Source: Octopus bimaculoides
Taxonomy: Eukaryota
NCBI RefSeq assembly: GCF_001194135.2
Contig: NC_068982.1
Coordinates: 158,676,524 to 158,740,112, forward strand
Reading direction: 5' to 3'
DNA length: 63,589 bases
Part shown: one piece after another, positions 14,311-30,011 of the stretch
How the letters are laid out: each line of letters begins with the position of its first letter
Numbering within the stretch: position 1 is the stretch's first letter
The notes under the pieces: generated by a model
What the model was told of the DNA's origin: nothing
Seen by the model: only the letters and a program-made list of their open reading frames with translations
The model's database searches: none
Made by a program: the position numbers and the translations under genes

Positions 14311-14525
14311 AATATTCAGACAAATACATAACAAAAACACCAGGACTTACAAATATATTATAACATACATAAAATTGCACTACTGGGCACTGCACACATC
14401 CTACACAAAACACTTTCAATGCAGTAGCCATAAGAGCATCACAGCAAACTATAGCACATACCCAAGGCACGCAGAGCTGCGCTCGGTAGTGAAGTGAAAG
14501 CACGTTCCAAAAATAAAACTACTGA
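14311..14525 (+). mobile_element. Second, different R4/Dong-like 3' end
   Basis: KYSDKYITKTPGLTNI/YNIHKIALLGTAHILHKTLSMQ*, then a distinct 3' UTR, then (AAT)n. Confidence 0.8.
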
Positions 14526-14630
<105 letters not shown>

Positions 14631-17390
14631 TCTACACTACTAACTTTAGTAAAGCGAATAAGCACACAGCTACTAGTGAGTAAATATTGTTAAAATATCG
14701 ACAGAAACACAGGTAAATAACCAGAGCTATCGGCACATGCTCCTTGATAATAACAATAAGCTGTACGTTATACGTTTCTAATTTGTTTTATTTTATAATT
14801 TTAGTGATAGACAGTTACATAACCCAGTACATTTGTATTATGTTGAAATACGAAATAATTCTCTAACCAAACCCGTTTGCACGAAAAATTATTGTTGGTA
14901 TTGAACATTTATACAAAACACATGGTACTTTATGCTTCTGCCTGCCCGACAACTCGCGTACATGTAAATTAATTATTTTGTAGCTATACATTTTGTAATC
15001 AAGTGGGTTCATTGTAAACTGAAGTGAAATGCAGCTTAAAAACAACTTGCTTTATCTTGCGACGGTGAACGATATTTGTAATGAAGTAACTCTTTACACG
15101 TTTCTAGTCTTTGAAACACACCTATTTTCAAAATTAATCGTCGCGACCTTCCCTTTTTATTATTCAGACATAGTAAATGTATGATTATATCATTCAGTAA
15201 CGTTTTATGGTGAAATTTGAGTGAGACTTCACTACTATTTCTAGCAAGTGAAGCGAACATTTGGGTTCCCTCGATGGTTCAACGTTAGACGCGTAGCTGA
15301 AGAATCATTATCATGAATAGATAATACTGAAATTACTCGGCCATTCCATCCTTCCATTACTCTCTCTTCCTCTCTGTCTCCTCTTGCGTAATGGTGCAGT
15401 AACCTGCCTAGCGAAATTCATTCAATATTTCATTTTGACAATTGAAACAGTCAACTTTTATGTAGAACATATTAAGCAGCACAATAACTGCTTCTTTTGT
15501 GCATAATACATTTAAATTTTGCAAGCGTTACCACTCTTCTTGTGTAATAATATCACAGCAGCCGAATGCACTATATTTTAATGATAGTGTTAAAAGTTTT
15601 AAAACCAGGTATAATAGCAAAGCGGATAATATACCTAAGCATGGACTAAAGTTGAAATTATCAATATTTGTGACAATAAAATAGACGTAAACATGTATAC
15701 ACTGCAGCAAGACGAACTCTTTCTGTTCGCGTTCCCTCAATCTAGACAATAGAATTAATATCTCGATTTAATGTTTAATAGAAATGATTTATTCATGAGA
15801 AATTATTTTATTATCTATCAATGCCATTCTTAAAGATTATTGATTTCACTGGGAGTAAATTTTAGCATATTTCATAATTCATAAAATCGTGATAAGAGAA
15901 GAGATGATAAACAGTACAATATTAATGTAAATTTAGCAATAAAAACGTTCTGTTATAGTATTCGCTACAATAAATGCCACAGCTCAGCGTTTTTGAAACA
16001 ATATATTGTGACATCAGAACAATTTTTAATGGTTTTACCATAGTTTTGAGTGATTATCTCAAAGTGTATAGCGAAATAATGGAGAGATCCATGTGAAAGA
16101 ACTTATTAACGAAACAACTCAATAAAACAGGAAATGACTAAAGAAAAAATTCCACTTCTCACTCACTCATAGACACGTACACTGTCACATATCACACAGA
16201 TACACACACATACACATGTATGTACATAAGTAGAGTTATTGCTGATGCTACATATAATATGAATAGAAAGGTGACAATCTTAAAGATGAGTTAAATGCTT
16301 CTTGAACGATCTTTTTAAAGCAATATCATGCAATATATAAATGTCCTTGTGAGAATTTGCTGTGAAGGATGAGGAAGAGTGTTTCATGTTCTGGCTAAGT
16401 TTATTAATGTAAAAGAATTTAAGACAATGCCTAATTTCTTCAATATAGGCGAATTCGTTTCTCGCTATTTTGAAAGATGTTAGAAATATTAATATACATC
16501 GTAAGATGTATATGTATTATACATCTGCATAATGCATATTGTATGTAATGTGTATACTTATATGTGTATGCCCACATGTATGTGTGTGTATATATATGTG
16601 CATGTGTGCGTCTGTGTGTGTGCGTGTGTGTGTGTGTGCGTGTATGTGTGTGTCCTTCTGTATATGTGTGTATACAGTTTTGTGTACAACCGACAGTGTT
16701 CGCTCGTCACTTGCTGTAGAATTTATTTAGCTGTACTCAGATGTATTCTCTTCATGAGAGAATTTTCCTATGTGTTGTTTTAGGCCATATAACATAAGAA
16801 TAAAGCTTAATTCAGAATATCTTAGACACTGGCAATTGTTTGGCTGCTAGTGGCATGAAATGCTTATTAAACCATAGTTGGATGTGTACAAATATTAATG
16901 ATACACAAATACCTCTCAAAAGAATCAAGTCGACATAGAAATAAGTCGGAAAACAATGTTTTCAGGTGTATGTGTACGAAGAGAATCAATTCTTGTTCTT
17001 GCAATAATTGGAGTATGTAATCTTTCTTATTCGATAAAAAACAGCAATTTGTGAAGACAAAATGGGACATGAAACAGCATCAAAATTCAATGACAATTGA
17101 TTTAAAGTTTTTGGTTAAAATGATATTGTTATTTGGTCGTATTTTCGAATAATACGTTAAACAATATAATTTGATCTTTCTTTGCATTTTATACGCGCGT
17201 CGTAAACCAGGTGAGACAACTCGCCTCGGATAGGAACCACACTTGGATACATGACATCTAACATAAATAGGGAGTTTTCCTTAAGCGCTACTGGGCAGAA
17301 AATACGGTGAATAAACAAAATATAATTTGTGTATGTGTGATCGATAATGTTTACTTTACTAGTGCTGCTTTTAATTCTTAATTTAATATA

Positions 17391-17452
<62 letters not shown>

Positions 17453-17720
17453 CGTGTGTGTGTGTGTGTGCGTTTGTGTTTGCGTATGTTGGGTTTTGAG
17501 TGTGAATGTGGGTTTTGTGTGTTTATTGATATATGTTTCGTCCCCGTACTTTGTTGCAAAGCGGTTATGAAGGATATGACTACGATTTTGAATAACAGGT
17601 TGGTTTCAGTGAACTTGATTTTAAGAACAATGGGGTGAAAGTTGTGACAAAGCTTCAGCAAATTTTAACACTTATACACTCAATGAATTGTCTCCTATAG
17701 CAAATATTCAAATACTCACA

Positions 17721-17756
<36 letters not shown>

Positions 17757-17787
17757 ACACACACATACACACACATATACACCCCCC

Positions 17788-17833
<46 letters not shown>

Positions 17834-18295
17834 NNNNNNNNNNNNNNNNNNNNNNNNNNNNNNNNNNNNNNNNNNNNNNNNNNNNNNNNNNNNNNNNNNN
17901 NNNNNNNNNNNNNNNNNNNNNNNNNNNNNNNNNNNNNNNNNNNNNNNNNNNNNNNNNNNNNNNNNNNNNNNNNNNNNNNNNNNNNNNNNNNNNNNNNNNN
18001 NNNNNNNNNNNNNNNNNNNNNNNNNNNNNNNNNNNNNNNNNNNNNNNNNNNNNNNNNNNNNNNNNNNNNNNNNNNNNNNNNNNNNNNNNNNNNNNNNNNN
18101 NNNNNNNNNNNNNNNNNNNNNNNNNNNNNNNNNNNNNNNNNNNNNNNNNNNNNNNNNNNNNNNNNNNNNNNNNNNNNNNNNNNNNNNNNNNNNNNNNNNN
18201 NNNNNNNNNNNNNNNNNNNNNNNNNNNNNNNNNNNNNNNNNNNNNNNNNNNNNNNNNNNATATATATATGTATATATAGATATTATATATGTATT

Positions 18296-18333
<38 letters not shown>

Positions 18334-18348
18334 AATACATATATCATA

Positions 18349-18393
<45 letters not shown>

Positions 18394-21165
18394 GTGTTTG
18401 TAAGCATGCATATATGTGCGGGTGTTTGAGCATGCATACATATTGTTTGTTGTTGCTTTCTTTTACAATGTTTCTGAAGACGAATGATTACATCTGGGAT
18501 TATTAGTCAGAAATATTATCTTTATTGAACTTTTGTCTCGTGTTCTTGGAATATTCCTAAAGTGAAGTTATATAAAATTATCCATTGAATTTTTGTAGTA
18601 ATAGAGTGTATTGTCATATTTCTCGGTGCAGACTTCTGAAATAAATTATAGCGCACAACTTAAATGTAATTGTTCACCCCACAATACGGTATACATTTGT
18701 GTTGCTTTTTATATACCTATCTGAAGGAGTGACATATTCTTACTACCTTACTCGAATTCATAAGTAAAAACAACAACGGGAGGACGTGGCATGATACACA
18801 ATGAATTGGCGAAAGAACAACTTAAAAACGAAATATATTCAATTTACTAAGGCTCACATTGGTAAGAATCATATCAGTATCATTCATAAAATTCAAAGTT
18901 TCTTTCAAGCAACATCTAGACAATTATATTGCCTGTAGGATATAAGCTTAAAATGTGTGGCAACAGAGTCATTCGATGATTCTTTTCAATGGAATAAATT
19001 TAAGTATGTGAAATAAACAAAAATAATATTGATTAGATTTGATTCGAATGTGTTTGATGCGTACTGGTCTCTTGCTATGCTTTGATAGCAATTACGATCG
19101 TTTGTATAAAAAAACGTGAATTAAACCATTTAGTTTTTGAGAAATGAAGCAAATATTTTATATTTCTCTAGTATGTATATATATATATCGACACAATATT
19201 CTTAGGTAACATAGTCGAAGTTCTGCCGATTTTATGGCAAAATTCTGAAAGCTCATATAGTTTCAAACAATGAAAACCGTATGTGCACATGCATGTTAAA
19301 TATGGTTTCCATTACATTGAATAGAGTGAATGAGCTTTCACAAGACTATATACATTGTTTGTAAGAAAGATAATTTTCTGCATGGTATATGTTTCCCAAC
19401 TGGTTATTTTGAGCTTGCAGCTACAGAAAAGAAAACTTTTTATCTTTTCCCATGTCAAAATTAAAAGTAAATGGCAGTTGTATTGAAACATCTGCGTAAT
19501 TTTTATGTGAACATGCGTTTCAAACGTGAAGTAATTTCACAAATTTTGGTAATGCTATGGTTTCGATAATATTTATGTGAATCCGCTTATTTCCTTACCT
19601 AACTAAGTAGTGATATATGTACACACGCGCACACGCACACACAAATATATATATATATATATANNNNNNNNNNNNNNNNNNNNNNNNNNNNNNNNNNNNN
19701 NNNNNNNNNNNNNNNNNNNNNNNNNNNNNNNNNNNNNNNNNNNNNNNNNNNNNNNNNNNNNNNNNNNNNNNNNNNNNNNNNNNNNNNNNNNNNNNNNNNN
19801 NNNNNNNNNNNNNNNNNNNNNNNNNNNNNNNNNNNNNNNNNNNNNNNNNNNNNNNNNNNNNNNNNNNNNNNNNNNNNNNNNNNNNNNNNNNNNNNNNNNN
19901 NNNNNNNNNNNNNNNNNNNNNNNNNNNNNNNNNNNNNNNNNNNNNNNNNNNNNNNNNNNNNNNNNNNNNNNNNNNNNNNNNNNNNNNNNNNNNNNNNNNN
20001 NNNNNNNNNNNNNNNNNNNNNNNNNNNNNNNNNNNNNNNNNNNNNNNNNNNNNNNNNNNNNNNNNNNNNNNNNNNNNNNNNNNNNNNNNNNNNNNNNNNN
20101 NNNNNNNNNNNNNNNNNNNNNNNNNNNNNNNNNNNNNNNNNNNNNNNNNNNNNNNNNNNNNNNNNNNNNNNNNNNNNNNNNNNNNNNNNNNNNNNNNNNN
20201 NNNNNNNNNNNNNNNNNNNNNNNNNNNNNNNNNNNNNNNNNNNNNNNNNNNNNNNNNNNNNNNNNNNNNNNNNNNNNNNNNNNNNNNNNNNNNNNNNNNN
20301 NNNNNNNNNNNNNNNNNNNNNNNNNNNNNNNNNNNNNNNNNNNNNNNNNNNNNNNNNNNNNNNNNNNNNNNNNNNNNNNNNNNNNNNNNNNNNNNNNNNN
20401 NNNNNNNNNNNNNNNNNNNNNNNNNNNNNNNNNNNNNNNNNNNNNNNNNNNNNNNNNNNNNNNNNNNNNNNNNNNNNNNNNNNNNNNNNNNNNNNNNNNN
20501 NNNNNNNNNNNNNNNNNNNNNNNNNNNNNNNNNNNNNNNNNNNNNNNNNNNNNNNNNNNNNNNATATATATATTTAAGCAGATTTACACGCACACTTACA
20601 CATATCTTCATAGACACACACATCCATATATAGTATACATGTATAGATCGATTAAGTAATATATATACTGTAGAAATATGAGCATAGAAATACATTGCAA
20701 TCCTCAAGCACAGGTACACACAAGTATATATGTATTTATTCATACAGATGTATAGACTTCCTGGGGAATATCATATGCAGAGAAAGAATTGCATACAATC
20801 ATACGCATGTTTGCCGAAGCTGAAGGCAATTTGATCGATCAATATGAACTATAATTGGTAATGTTGATATTCACAACATTTAGAAATGGTTTAAAGATTT
20901 GGATTATTTTGGCATAGAAAATATTGCATAAGATATTGCGGAATATATTAATGATTAAAGAATATGAAACGGATTTTGCTTTGAATTGTAAACAACTATT
21001 GAAAAAAAACGCAAAGTATTTGGCATACAAGCAAAGAAAAAGTATTTATATAAAAATTTAACTCTACAGATCTCCCGATTTAACAACAACATCAATCATA
21101 TGAAATGTAAAAATAATCTTTCTTCTTGTAGTGAATTCATACATATAGATATACATATATATGTT

Positions 21166-21206
<41 letters not shown>

Positions 21207-24200
21207 TGGGTGGGGGTGTTTGGGAAGGGATGCTGTATATATANNNNNNNNNNNNNNNNNNNNNNNNNNNNNNNNNNNNNNNNNNNNNNNNNNNNNNNNN
21301 NNNNNNNNNNNNNNNNNNNNNNNNNNNNNNNNNNNNNNNNNNNNNNNNNNNNNNNNNNNNNNNNNNNNNNNNNNNNNNNNNNNNNNNNNNNNNNNTATAT
21401 TCCCATTTTAGCAAGCAAGAAATGTACGCGTTTAGAAAAACATTGATATAAGCATATGAATAGGCGAATATAGTTATGAATATTTGATACTTTGAGACGA
21501 AACTTTATTCTTTTGGATTCACTGCTACTGTGAGTTGCATTGATGTGTATCATGGATGCGGTGAGACTGTCCACTGGTGCGCGAAATTTTGTAATGTGAA
21601 AATGAGTGGAATTTCTGCAGTACAACTGATTATGTTTTCGTTTAGTACACATAATCACCTGCTTAAATCTCCATATGGAATCCTTAAAAAAAAAATCACC
21701 ACATACTAAATCGTTATTCATTCTTCGAATTTCCAGTAAATTGTACCATATAGGTAAAATTCGTGTAACACCTAGTTTTAGAAAACCTTCCTATCAGAAT
21801 TGAGTTGCAATCCTTGTTAAATATTTTGCGGCTATCCATGAAATTCTTTAAACATATCTAATCTAAAATTAGCATGTCTGTATGTGTGTTAGTTATTGTG
21901 TATGTGAGTGTATGTTTGTGCTTATGAGTGCGTGTGTGTATGTGTATGTACATATATATGCATTCATATTCATACAAAAACACATACACATATCTTTTAC
22001 TTGTGTCTTTCATTGGAATGCCACCATGCTGGGGAACTGCAATGAAATGTTTAATCGATCAAAGCGGCTTAGGCTTTTAAAGCCTTGTATTTATTCTATC
22101 AGCCTCCCTTTTCAGATCTGCTATGTTGCAGCAACATAAATCCTAGTGAAGTGAACATTTGTCTTCCTGCATGATTGTATGATATTTTCACGATTATAGA
22201 AACGGGTCGGTGCTTGGCAATATTCAGTAACTTCTCTTTACGTTGTGATTCAATCATCGTCTGCTATTTCCTTTCCCCGCTCAGAGTTTGATAAAGCAAG
22301 AGCTAGTTAAGTTCTCTATCAATTTAATCAAACCTTCCCTTCCATAAGCATGATTTATTTTTCCGCCTACAATATAAAGCTTATAATACTTTCGTATAGT
22401 TTTGGCCTAGAATGTTTTAATGAGTATATGAACTACTCAGGAGAACGTGCGTGGAAACTAGGATAAATTTTAACTGCACTGTGTTTAATTATGCTTTTCT
22501 TAGCGACTCATTCTGATGATAATAATCCCCATGAACATCACTTGGAATACAAGGCCTCTATTCTCAGTTTTGAAGAAGAAAGAGAGGCAAACCTAAAATA
22601 GTCAATTATAAGAAAAGCGATCATTATTTTCGTTTACTACAATGAAATTACAAAAGAAAAAAAATGCAATAAAACAGCTCAAACCAAGACAAATTTCATA
22701 CAAATAGAACTGTAGTTTACTTCTCTAGGTAGTTTCTTCATACACATATTAACAATAGAGCAACTAGCACATATCTTTTTTCTGGCCATAATTATACGAT
22801 GTGTCAAATCTACGCATTTTAATTATTTGAAATACAAAGTTCCAAATTACGTGAAATACAATGCAATCTTCCGATTTTATAGTAGCTTACATATAATGTC
22901 ATTATTAAAAATCACAAGAATCCTAAAGATAGATATTTTACAAAGCGGTTCCGCTCAACTAACAGCATTAGAATCAATATTTTCTAAATGGCCACCTGAG
23001 AATTTTCTGTTCTCATGTACGGTGAAGTAATTATAGCAAAACTTAATAAGAAAATAACAGGAGCCAATATGAAAATTACCAGAGGCAAAATAACATCACG
23101 TGCAAAACCCTACTACGGTGAAAATGTAATTGAAATATTGTGAATTGGATTCATGATTAAAACATAACATCATTTAGTGGAAAACTTAAATGAAATATAG
23201 TACTGAAGTAATGAATTAAACAGTAAGTGAATGAAACGAAACCAGTAAACTGACAATTCGAAAGTAAAATCTTTAATCCTAAGGGCAAAACACGATTTTT
23301 GTACAATAATCATTTCTCTACATGCTGACAATGGAACACATTCTGTAATAGAAATGAAATTGCTGTTTTTTTTTAATGTTAAAAGAAGTATTTGAGTAAG
23401 CACTTTGCTAAATCAGTAAAGCATCAAACGAAACGAGGAGTGGATTAAAATATTATAAAACCATTTCTAATCAAAATCGTGATCGTGACGGTGCACATTT
23501 TCTTTGAATGGAAACAAACAATCGACACGGTATTCAAAACTGAAGTAATTCAATCATCCACAACAGACTAAACCAAAAAGCGAATGCATTTAAATATTAG
23601 AAAATTTATGCCTCAAGAACTATTAGCACAATGTAACTGACCCCCTTATTGAAAAGTATTACCATGCATCAGCCTTGGTATTTAGTCACAACATATATAG
23701 AATAGGCAATTATGCAGACCTTTTGTATGGATTTTAAGAACTAGTGCTTAAAATTTAGAATTGCCAGTTTACTAAATTCATTTTCTTTTCATAATCTTAA
23801 ATATATCAATTAAGTAATGTCTTTCATTTAAATGTTGTATTAAATGTTATTTCTGAAGCAATATCGAGTTTACAAAATTTCAATTACACTTTCACCGTGG
23901 TAGCCTTTTGCACCTGACGTTATTGTGCTTCTTGCAATTTTCCCTTTAGCTCTTGTTATTAACTCCTTAAGTTTTGATACAATTATGTTGATGTACTTGA
24001 GAACTGAAAATTATCACGGGTAATTTAGGATATATTGATTCCCCTACCGACTTAAAATCTACTTCTTGGTAAAATATTTCTCACTAACATCATTGGGTTT
24101 TTAATAGCGTTATTATATGTGCATAACTATAAAAGTAGAAGACTGAATTTTACAAAAACTTGTGTGGTGTAATATAATTAAAATATATGGTTTTAATACG

Positions 24201-25767
24201 GTGTACAATTTCTTAGTGTTTCCTTGTTCTATTTTTATCATACGTCCATTTTTTTTCTTTCACTTCAAATTCAACACATATCCGTTCTTCCCTGTAAAAA
24301 TTACTATTATACGGTTTGAAAGCAAAATATAAACGGTGATATAATACATTAAATATAATTTGCATCAATAAAGCTTTTAAATTTATTCATGAATCAAAGA
24401 TACATGCACCAGACCAACGTGAAAACATTCATATCATTTAAAAAGCAATATATTTACAATCAGAAGCCCTTTCAAGCATTCAATGATAGTCCTACCATAA
24501 CAATTTGAATTGCATTTAATTATACAATATTAGACAGATGGTAGATATTATTACTGTAATTTAAGAAACGTACAGAAAAGTGAACACGTTGCTGATCAGA
24601 GACAGAATGATAAATTGCTGAGGTACATTTAATGCTAAAAACAGTTTAGAAGAAGGATATTTTATCAGCAAACGGCTACTTGATTTAATCTGAAATACAT
24701 ATTGATACTGCAACGCAATTATATGCAAAGTATTTGAATTTTTTCCCCCAAAGATGAGGCACCGTTCCATAGCCAATATGTAACAACTTCTTATACTTAA
24801 CGACACTCTATAAACGAACTGTATAAATACGAATTTAAAAAACATATTGAAGGTAAGTAACACGACCATCTCGTCACAGAATGTTTCAAAACAGAAACTA
24901 AAGATAAACGTGTTAATCACAAGTTTTAGGTGATTTATGTCAATTTTTATCATTGTGATTCGGTAAGGTTGACCAGGGAATAACAGTGGTATGGGTTTTA
25001 TCGCTTCAAATTCCTCTTGTTGATAAACTCATTGGGAAAACTGATTAATTCGATTTAAATACAATAAGTTGTAACATATTCAGGAAAAGGAGTTTGCAAC
25101 GATTAAACCATGGCCAGAATGTATTCCTCGGTCCCATTTCAAATTGCTTATGATGTAAAATCTCGTTCTCAGTTACTCTGTTTCAACTCATATTCAACTT
25201 ATGAATCGTCAAAATGAGATTGATAGTTGTGTGATAAGTGATAGTGAAATAAATTCTAAATACGACACTTATAACACGAAGTTATTTAGGGAATCAATAG
25301 TCGAGAAGTTGTGGAATAAAGGCACAGAAAAAAGACGCTTTTATGATATAAATAATTTATTATCATGAAATTGCTGAATATCTGAGTATTTAAAATGCCA
25401 GATTAAACAAAACAATTTTGAAACAATATACATGTCTTTAAAGTTATTAAATTTCATTAAAATTGTTTCAGATACGAGAAGACCATTCTTAGATATGTGA
25501 ATAGTGAAAATAAATATATTGTTATATTTGGGGATGGTCAATTAAGCACACTCACATTATACTTCGCTTTCGCTTCAGCTTAAATATTATTCTTATTTTA
25601 GTGGCTTTACACCTTTTGTTACTCCAGCCCACTTATAGCGTCCTGTTCTGTTTAATCTACTCTGTCTTTTTGTGGCGTGTATTCTTGTGGTGTGTATCTA
25701 CTCATGCGTCTGCATGTGTAGATAAGAATACTTACGCTCTCTTTCTCTCTCTCTCTCTCTCCCTCTT

Positions 25768-25838
<71 letters not shown>

Positions 25839-25875
25839 CGAGAGAGAGAGAGAGGGGGGGAAGGAAGAGAAGATA

Positions 25876-26087
25876 TTTTCTACTCTATGCAAAAGGCCCG
25901 GAATTTTGGGGTAAGGAGCCAGTCGATTAGATCGACCCAGGTACGCAACTCGTACTTAATCTATCGACTCCGAAAGGATGAAAGGCAAAGTTGACCCTGG
26001 CGGAATTTGAACTCAGGACGTAATGACACTTGAAATACAGTTAAGCATTTCGCCTGGCGGCGTGCTATCTTTTCTGCCCGATCGCCA
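25876..26087 (-). mobile_element. Near full-length SINE copy, same family
   Basis: Plus strand gtcgattagatcgaccc...ccgaaaggatgaaaggcaaagttgacc.tggcggaatttgaactcag...aagcatttcgcc. Confidence 0.88.
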
Positions 26088-27199
26088 CAGTGGAGAGAGA
26101 GAAGATATTGGGCATAAACAAGATATGTATACAAACACATACCGCATAAATGTAAGCAGATGCGCACGGAAATACCTTGCTAAACAAATTTACGAAGGCT
26201 GATAATATAAAGTATTCCAAGTAGGAAACAAACTTCTTTACAATTCAAAATTTCACTGCAGACATATTAACAGGAATAAACAAAGAAACTATCTAGGGAA
26301 TTAAAAGGTGTTGAATATTAATGAATTTATTCCCGTTGCTCTGTACAAAATAGCTTTCATCTTTTATGTGATGCCATTTCTCTTCACTAACAAAGTAGCA
26401 GTATTTGGTTATGAATCAATCACAATATCTTCAGTAGGGCGGATATAAAGGAAGCATCACTGCGTTGCTCGATTATGTCCCTTCCTGCATTTCTAGCAAA
26501 TATTGCTAGAATGAACTTTATGTTTTATTCATGTAGCTTCGATTAATTGTGAACTAAATTATCTAAATAACTATTAATTTTCAAATTGATATAATTACTC
26601 ATACAATCGATTCAAACCAGGTTCCAGATAAAATTGAGAACAAGTTTCTTAAGTATACTGTTACAACTACCAACTTTCAATATTCGATTTGACTTTAGTT
26701 AATACTGTATTAATAATTTCGTCTGGGAATCAAATAATTAAATCTGGCACACACGAAAGCTTCAAATCTTTTCACGTTTTTGAGTATACATTTATTGAAA
26801 TTCATCTGAATTATCTGAACGCTTTTATATGAATAGGAAACTTGAATAGGGGGCCTGTTTCAGGCAGTTGTATTATTTCTGAGAAAATAGGACCGACAAC
26901 TCGTTTATCGCAATGGTTGGAGCAACAACAATTGGGCAATAGGCATTAACAAACACAAATGAGACCACATATTGCAAAGAGTGCTGCACACATAGACTTA
27001 CATATACATATACAGACCAACCAACCCCCTCGAATGTGTGGAATGTCAGATATATATTGTGAAAACAGAATTATGTTTATCGTAATTGTTTATGTTTAAC
27101 ATCTTTTACATGGAACATACTATATAAAATGAATTAACATTTGTGGAACAAAATATATATTTTTTTTCTGACGCGACTCTATCAATCTTTGTATCTTTT

Positions 27200-27720
27200 T
27201 CCCCTTCTCGTTCTTCCTTCTGTTACTACTATATCTCTCTCTTCCTCTCTGTCTCTCGTTACTCACCCATCTTCTACTTCCTCCCCTTTTTTCTCCCTCT
27301 ACCACGCTTTCTCCTTACCCCTCGCTGGCCACATGTGTCCAGCTTTACATCCTTTCTTCCTTGGCTATCGCCAAGCACGTACACGAAGTATTTTTCGTCC
27401 CTCTTCATTCCAGTTCGTTGCTTCACAGCGTTCAATATACACATATTTTCCCACGTCTGGCCGTATAGCCTTTTCTGTTTATTCTACTGTTTCGTCTTCC
27501 TGTCCTGTTTTCTGTCCGCCACTACATTCCTCCATGGTACAAATTTAATTTGTGGTCCATGGGAAGAGCCATTTTAACGATGCGTCCTGCCCTAACTCTT
27601 CGAAACGCCAGTGTTAGAATGGTGGCAGCTGATGAAGGAAATGTTCTCTATGTAGCCTGTGTGTTTTCTGTACTTTGTTTATCATTTTGTCTACGTTTTG
27701 TTTGCAATGTCCAGATATGC
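27200..27720 (+). repeat. Decayed dispersed repeat, possibly a Penelope-like terminal region
   Basis: Pyrimidine-rich non-coding block containing ttcgaaacg...gctgatgaagg and ending in gttttctgtactttgttt. Family identity is from memory only. Confidence 0.4.
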
Positions 27721-29497
27721 ATCTATGCATACAGGTAGATGTAAGCATGTACATACATGTACGTATATATGCATATACTCATTTATTATTTTATATGTAT
27801 GTATATATATANNNNNNNNNNNNNNNNNNNNNNNNNNNNNNNNNNNNNNNNNNNNNNNNNNNNNNNNNTATATATACAATTTAACAAGGGTATTTTCATT
27901 CTGTATCATGGCAAAATAGACCTGACTCTGCGCAGTGTAGTTAGTGTCAAAGTGGAGAAATCAAGAAATTGTTTGTGTATCTTTCATCAAGTCATCATTT
28001 TAAATTCTGTCGTCTTTCCTAAAGTATAATGTGTCCTAGAAACTTACCGAGGGGATGGAGGTATGTTAAATCAGGTCAAATGTTATATGTTCCATTTACA
28101 CGTTTTAAATAGTATGTGTGAGGAATGTAATATATTCATCATTTTGTTATACTATATACTATCATTAGGCATCTCACCAGAACTCTTCAATCTTTCAATC
28201 TTTCAGTAGAATACAAATACATTTTATTATTTTCCCTATAAACGTCCTCAGAGTTAGTTGAATCATGCAACACCACGTAGCTATTTATTGGATACTACTA
28301 TACGTTCAACCATAAACGGTATAATAGTTAGGACTATTTTAGAATTCTAGCTGTAAAATATGACACTTTTATTCATTTTCTAATTTGATGGAGAGACTAT
28401 CAGTCATGTATATACTGTACAGGATTTTGATTAAATCATTTTTTTTTGTATTGCTACCACAGGTCAAATTCTCTGTGAATGATTTACATTTATTTCCTTG
28501 AACATTTATATTTCTATCAATAACTCAGCTATTTTCGGTTTATTTATTTAACTTAGCACAGTTTTCTTTTTCTTTTGTAATTTTATTAAGAGACTGTCTG
28601 TGCCCTTAGCTATTAAAGAAAAAATATATTGAGTTTTAGTAATTTGGGGATCTTTAAGAAAGTATATACATGGTTTGGATTACATTCTCTGTATTATATA
28701 CGTATAATAACTCATAATATTGCTTCTTTAATTTGACACAGAGGATCTGTACATTAGTTCAGAGCAGAAGCTAACATCTCCCGGTGGAGTTTGTTTCAAA
28801 GAGCATTTAAATTTTACACCTTTTTTGTGAAAATAATAGTCATATAAAAATATAATTGCTCTCTGCATTCTTTTAAAATATCTTTTCGGTTGTTGATACA
28901 CTAATGCTAAACAAATGAATAGCAGGAATATTGCAGCTGGAATTATGTTTGATCATTGGATGTTTGTAGCCTGGTTTATTTCAACTAAGCAGTAGAAGGT
29001 AATATACTGAAGTACTCAATTTCGTTTTGTACTTTTTAAAAGATAGACAACTATAATTTGAATTGAAAGACTGAGTTCACTTGATTGACTCTACTACAAT
29101 GTATCCATCTATATCTAATTTCGTTGTCGTCCGAGTAAAGGAAAAAATTATAACAGCGTCAATTTATTGCATAAGCTATTACAGAGTGCATTTTATTTAA
29201 ACAATCCGTTCTACTTAACTAATATGAATAAGAATTTCTTTCTGCAAATGATATTGAAGAATTATAAATAACAGATATAAAAATAGAAATGCAGTAGCGA
29301 CGTAAATTTTAATTTAATTGAACTAGGAATGGATATAAAATGATGGACTGAGGCTGTAACTTATTACCATTATTTCGTTTGGTGTTGCACATCTTCATTA
29401 CAAATATTTCGTCATTCTGCATATCAGGAACACATCGTACAATGTCTCCTTCACTTAGTATTTCAGTGCAGTGTGATATCGGTTTCAAATTTTGTTG

Positions 29498-29687
29498 GAA
29501 AGCCAACAATTTCGTTGGTGGGGTATGTCGATTATATCGACTCCAGTGCTCAACTGGTACTTATTTTATCGACCCTGAAACGATGAGAGGCACAGTCGAT
29601 CTCGGCTGAATTTGAATTCAAGGAGGGACGAAATACCGCTAAGCATTTCTACTGGCATTTTGACAATTATTCCAGTTAACCGCCTTA
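29498..29687 (-). mobile_element. tRNA-derived SINE copy, same family
   Basis: Reverse complement reads taaggcgg...aaatgcttagcggtatttcg...ttcaaattc.gccgagatcgact.tgcctctcatc...gggtcgataaaataagtaccagttgagcactgg. Confidence 0.85.
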
Positions 29688-30011
29688 CTACATTGTGATA
29701 CTAAGATTTGTACTCTATAGCAGGATAAAAAAAAAAAACAACGAAGGGATTCCCATGAACATTTGCATTCTACGGGGAGCCAAAAGCTTTAGGAAACCAA
29801 CATAACCACCAACAAAAAGACATATGAAGATACAATTATAGAAAGCACAAATGATTAAATATCTGATATAGAGAGACACATTAAGTGGGAAAAATGCTAT
29901 TTCTCATTAAAATTTCAGATGTATATATTCAAATTATTACACTTGATATTTACTCCCTGTCAGAGAATCGTCAATTTTTACCATCTGAGTTCTCGCATTA
30001 TTAACATAACA

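Noticed and set aside
15290-15350. CUGAAGA...hairpin...GAAA
   Set aside because: No stem III/UH site and no stem I.
24561-24953. 130-aa minus-strand ORF and a plus-strand gaag|gtaagt donor at ~24852
   Set aside because: No recognisable homology, and a stop lies shortly upstream of the donor in the frames checked.
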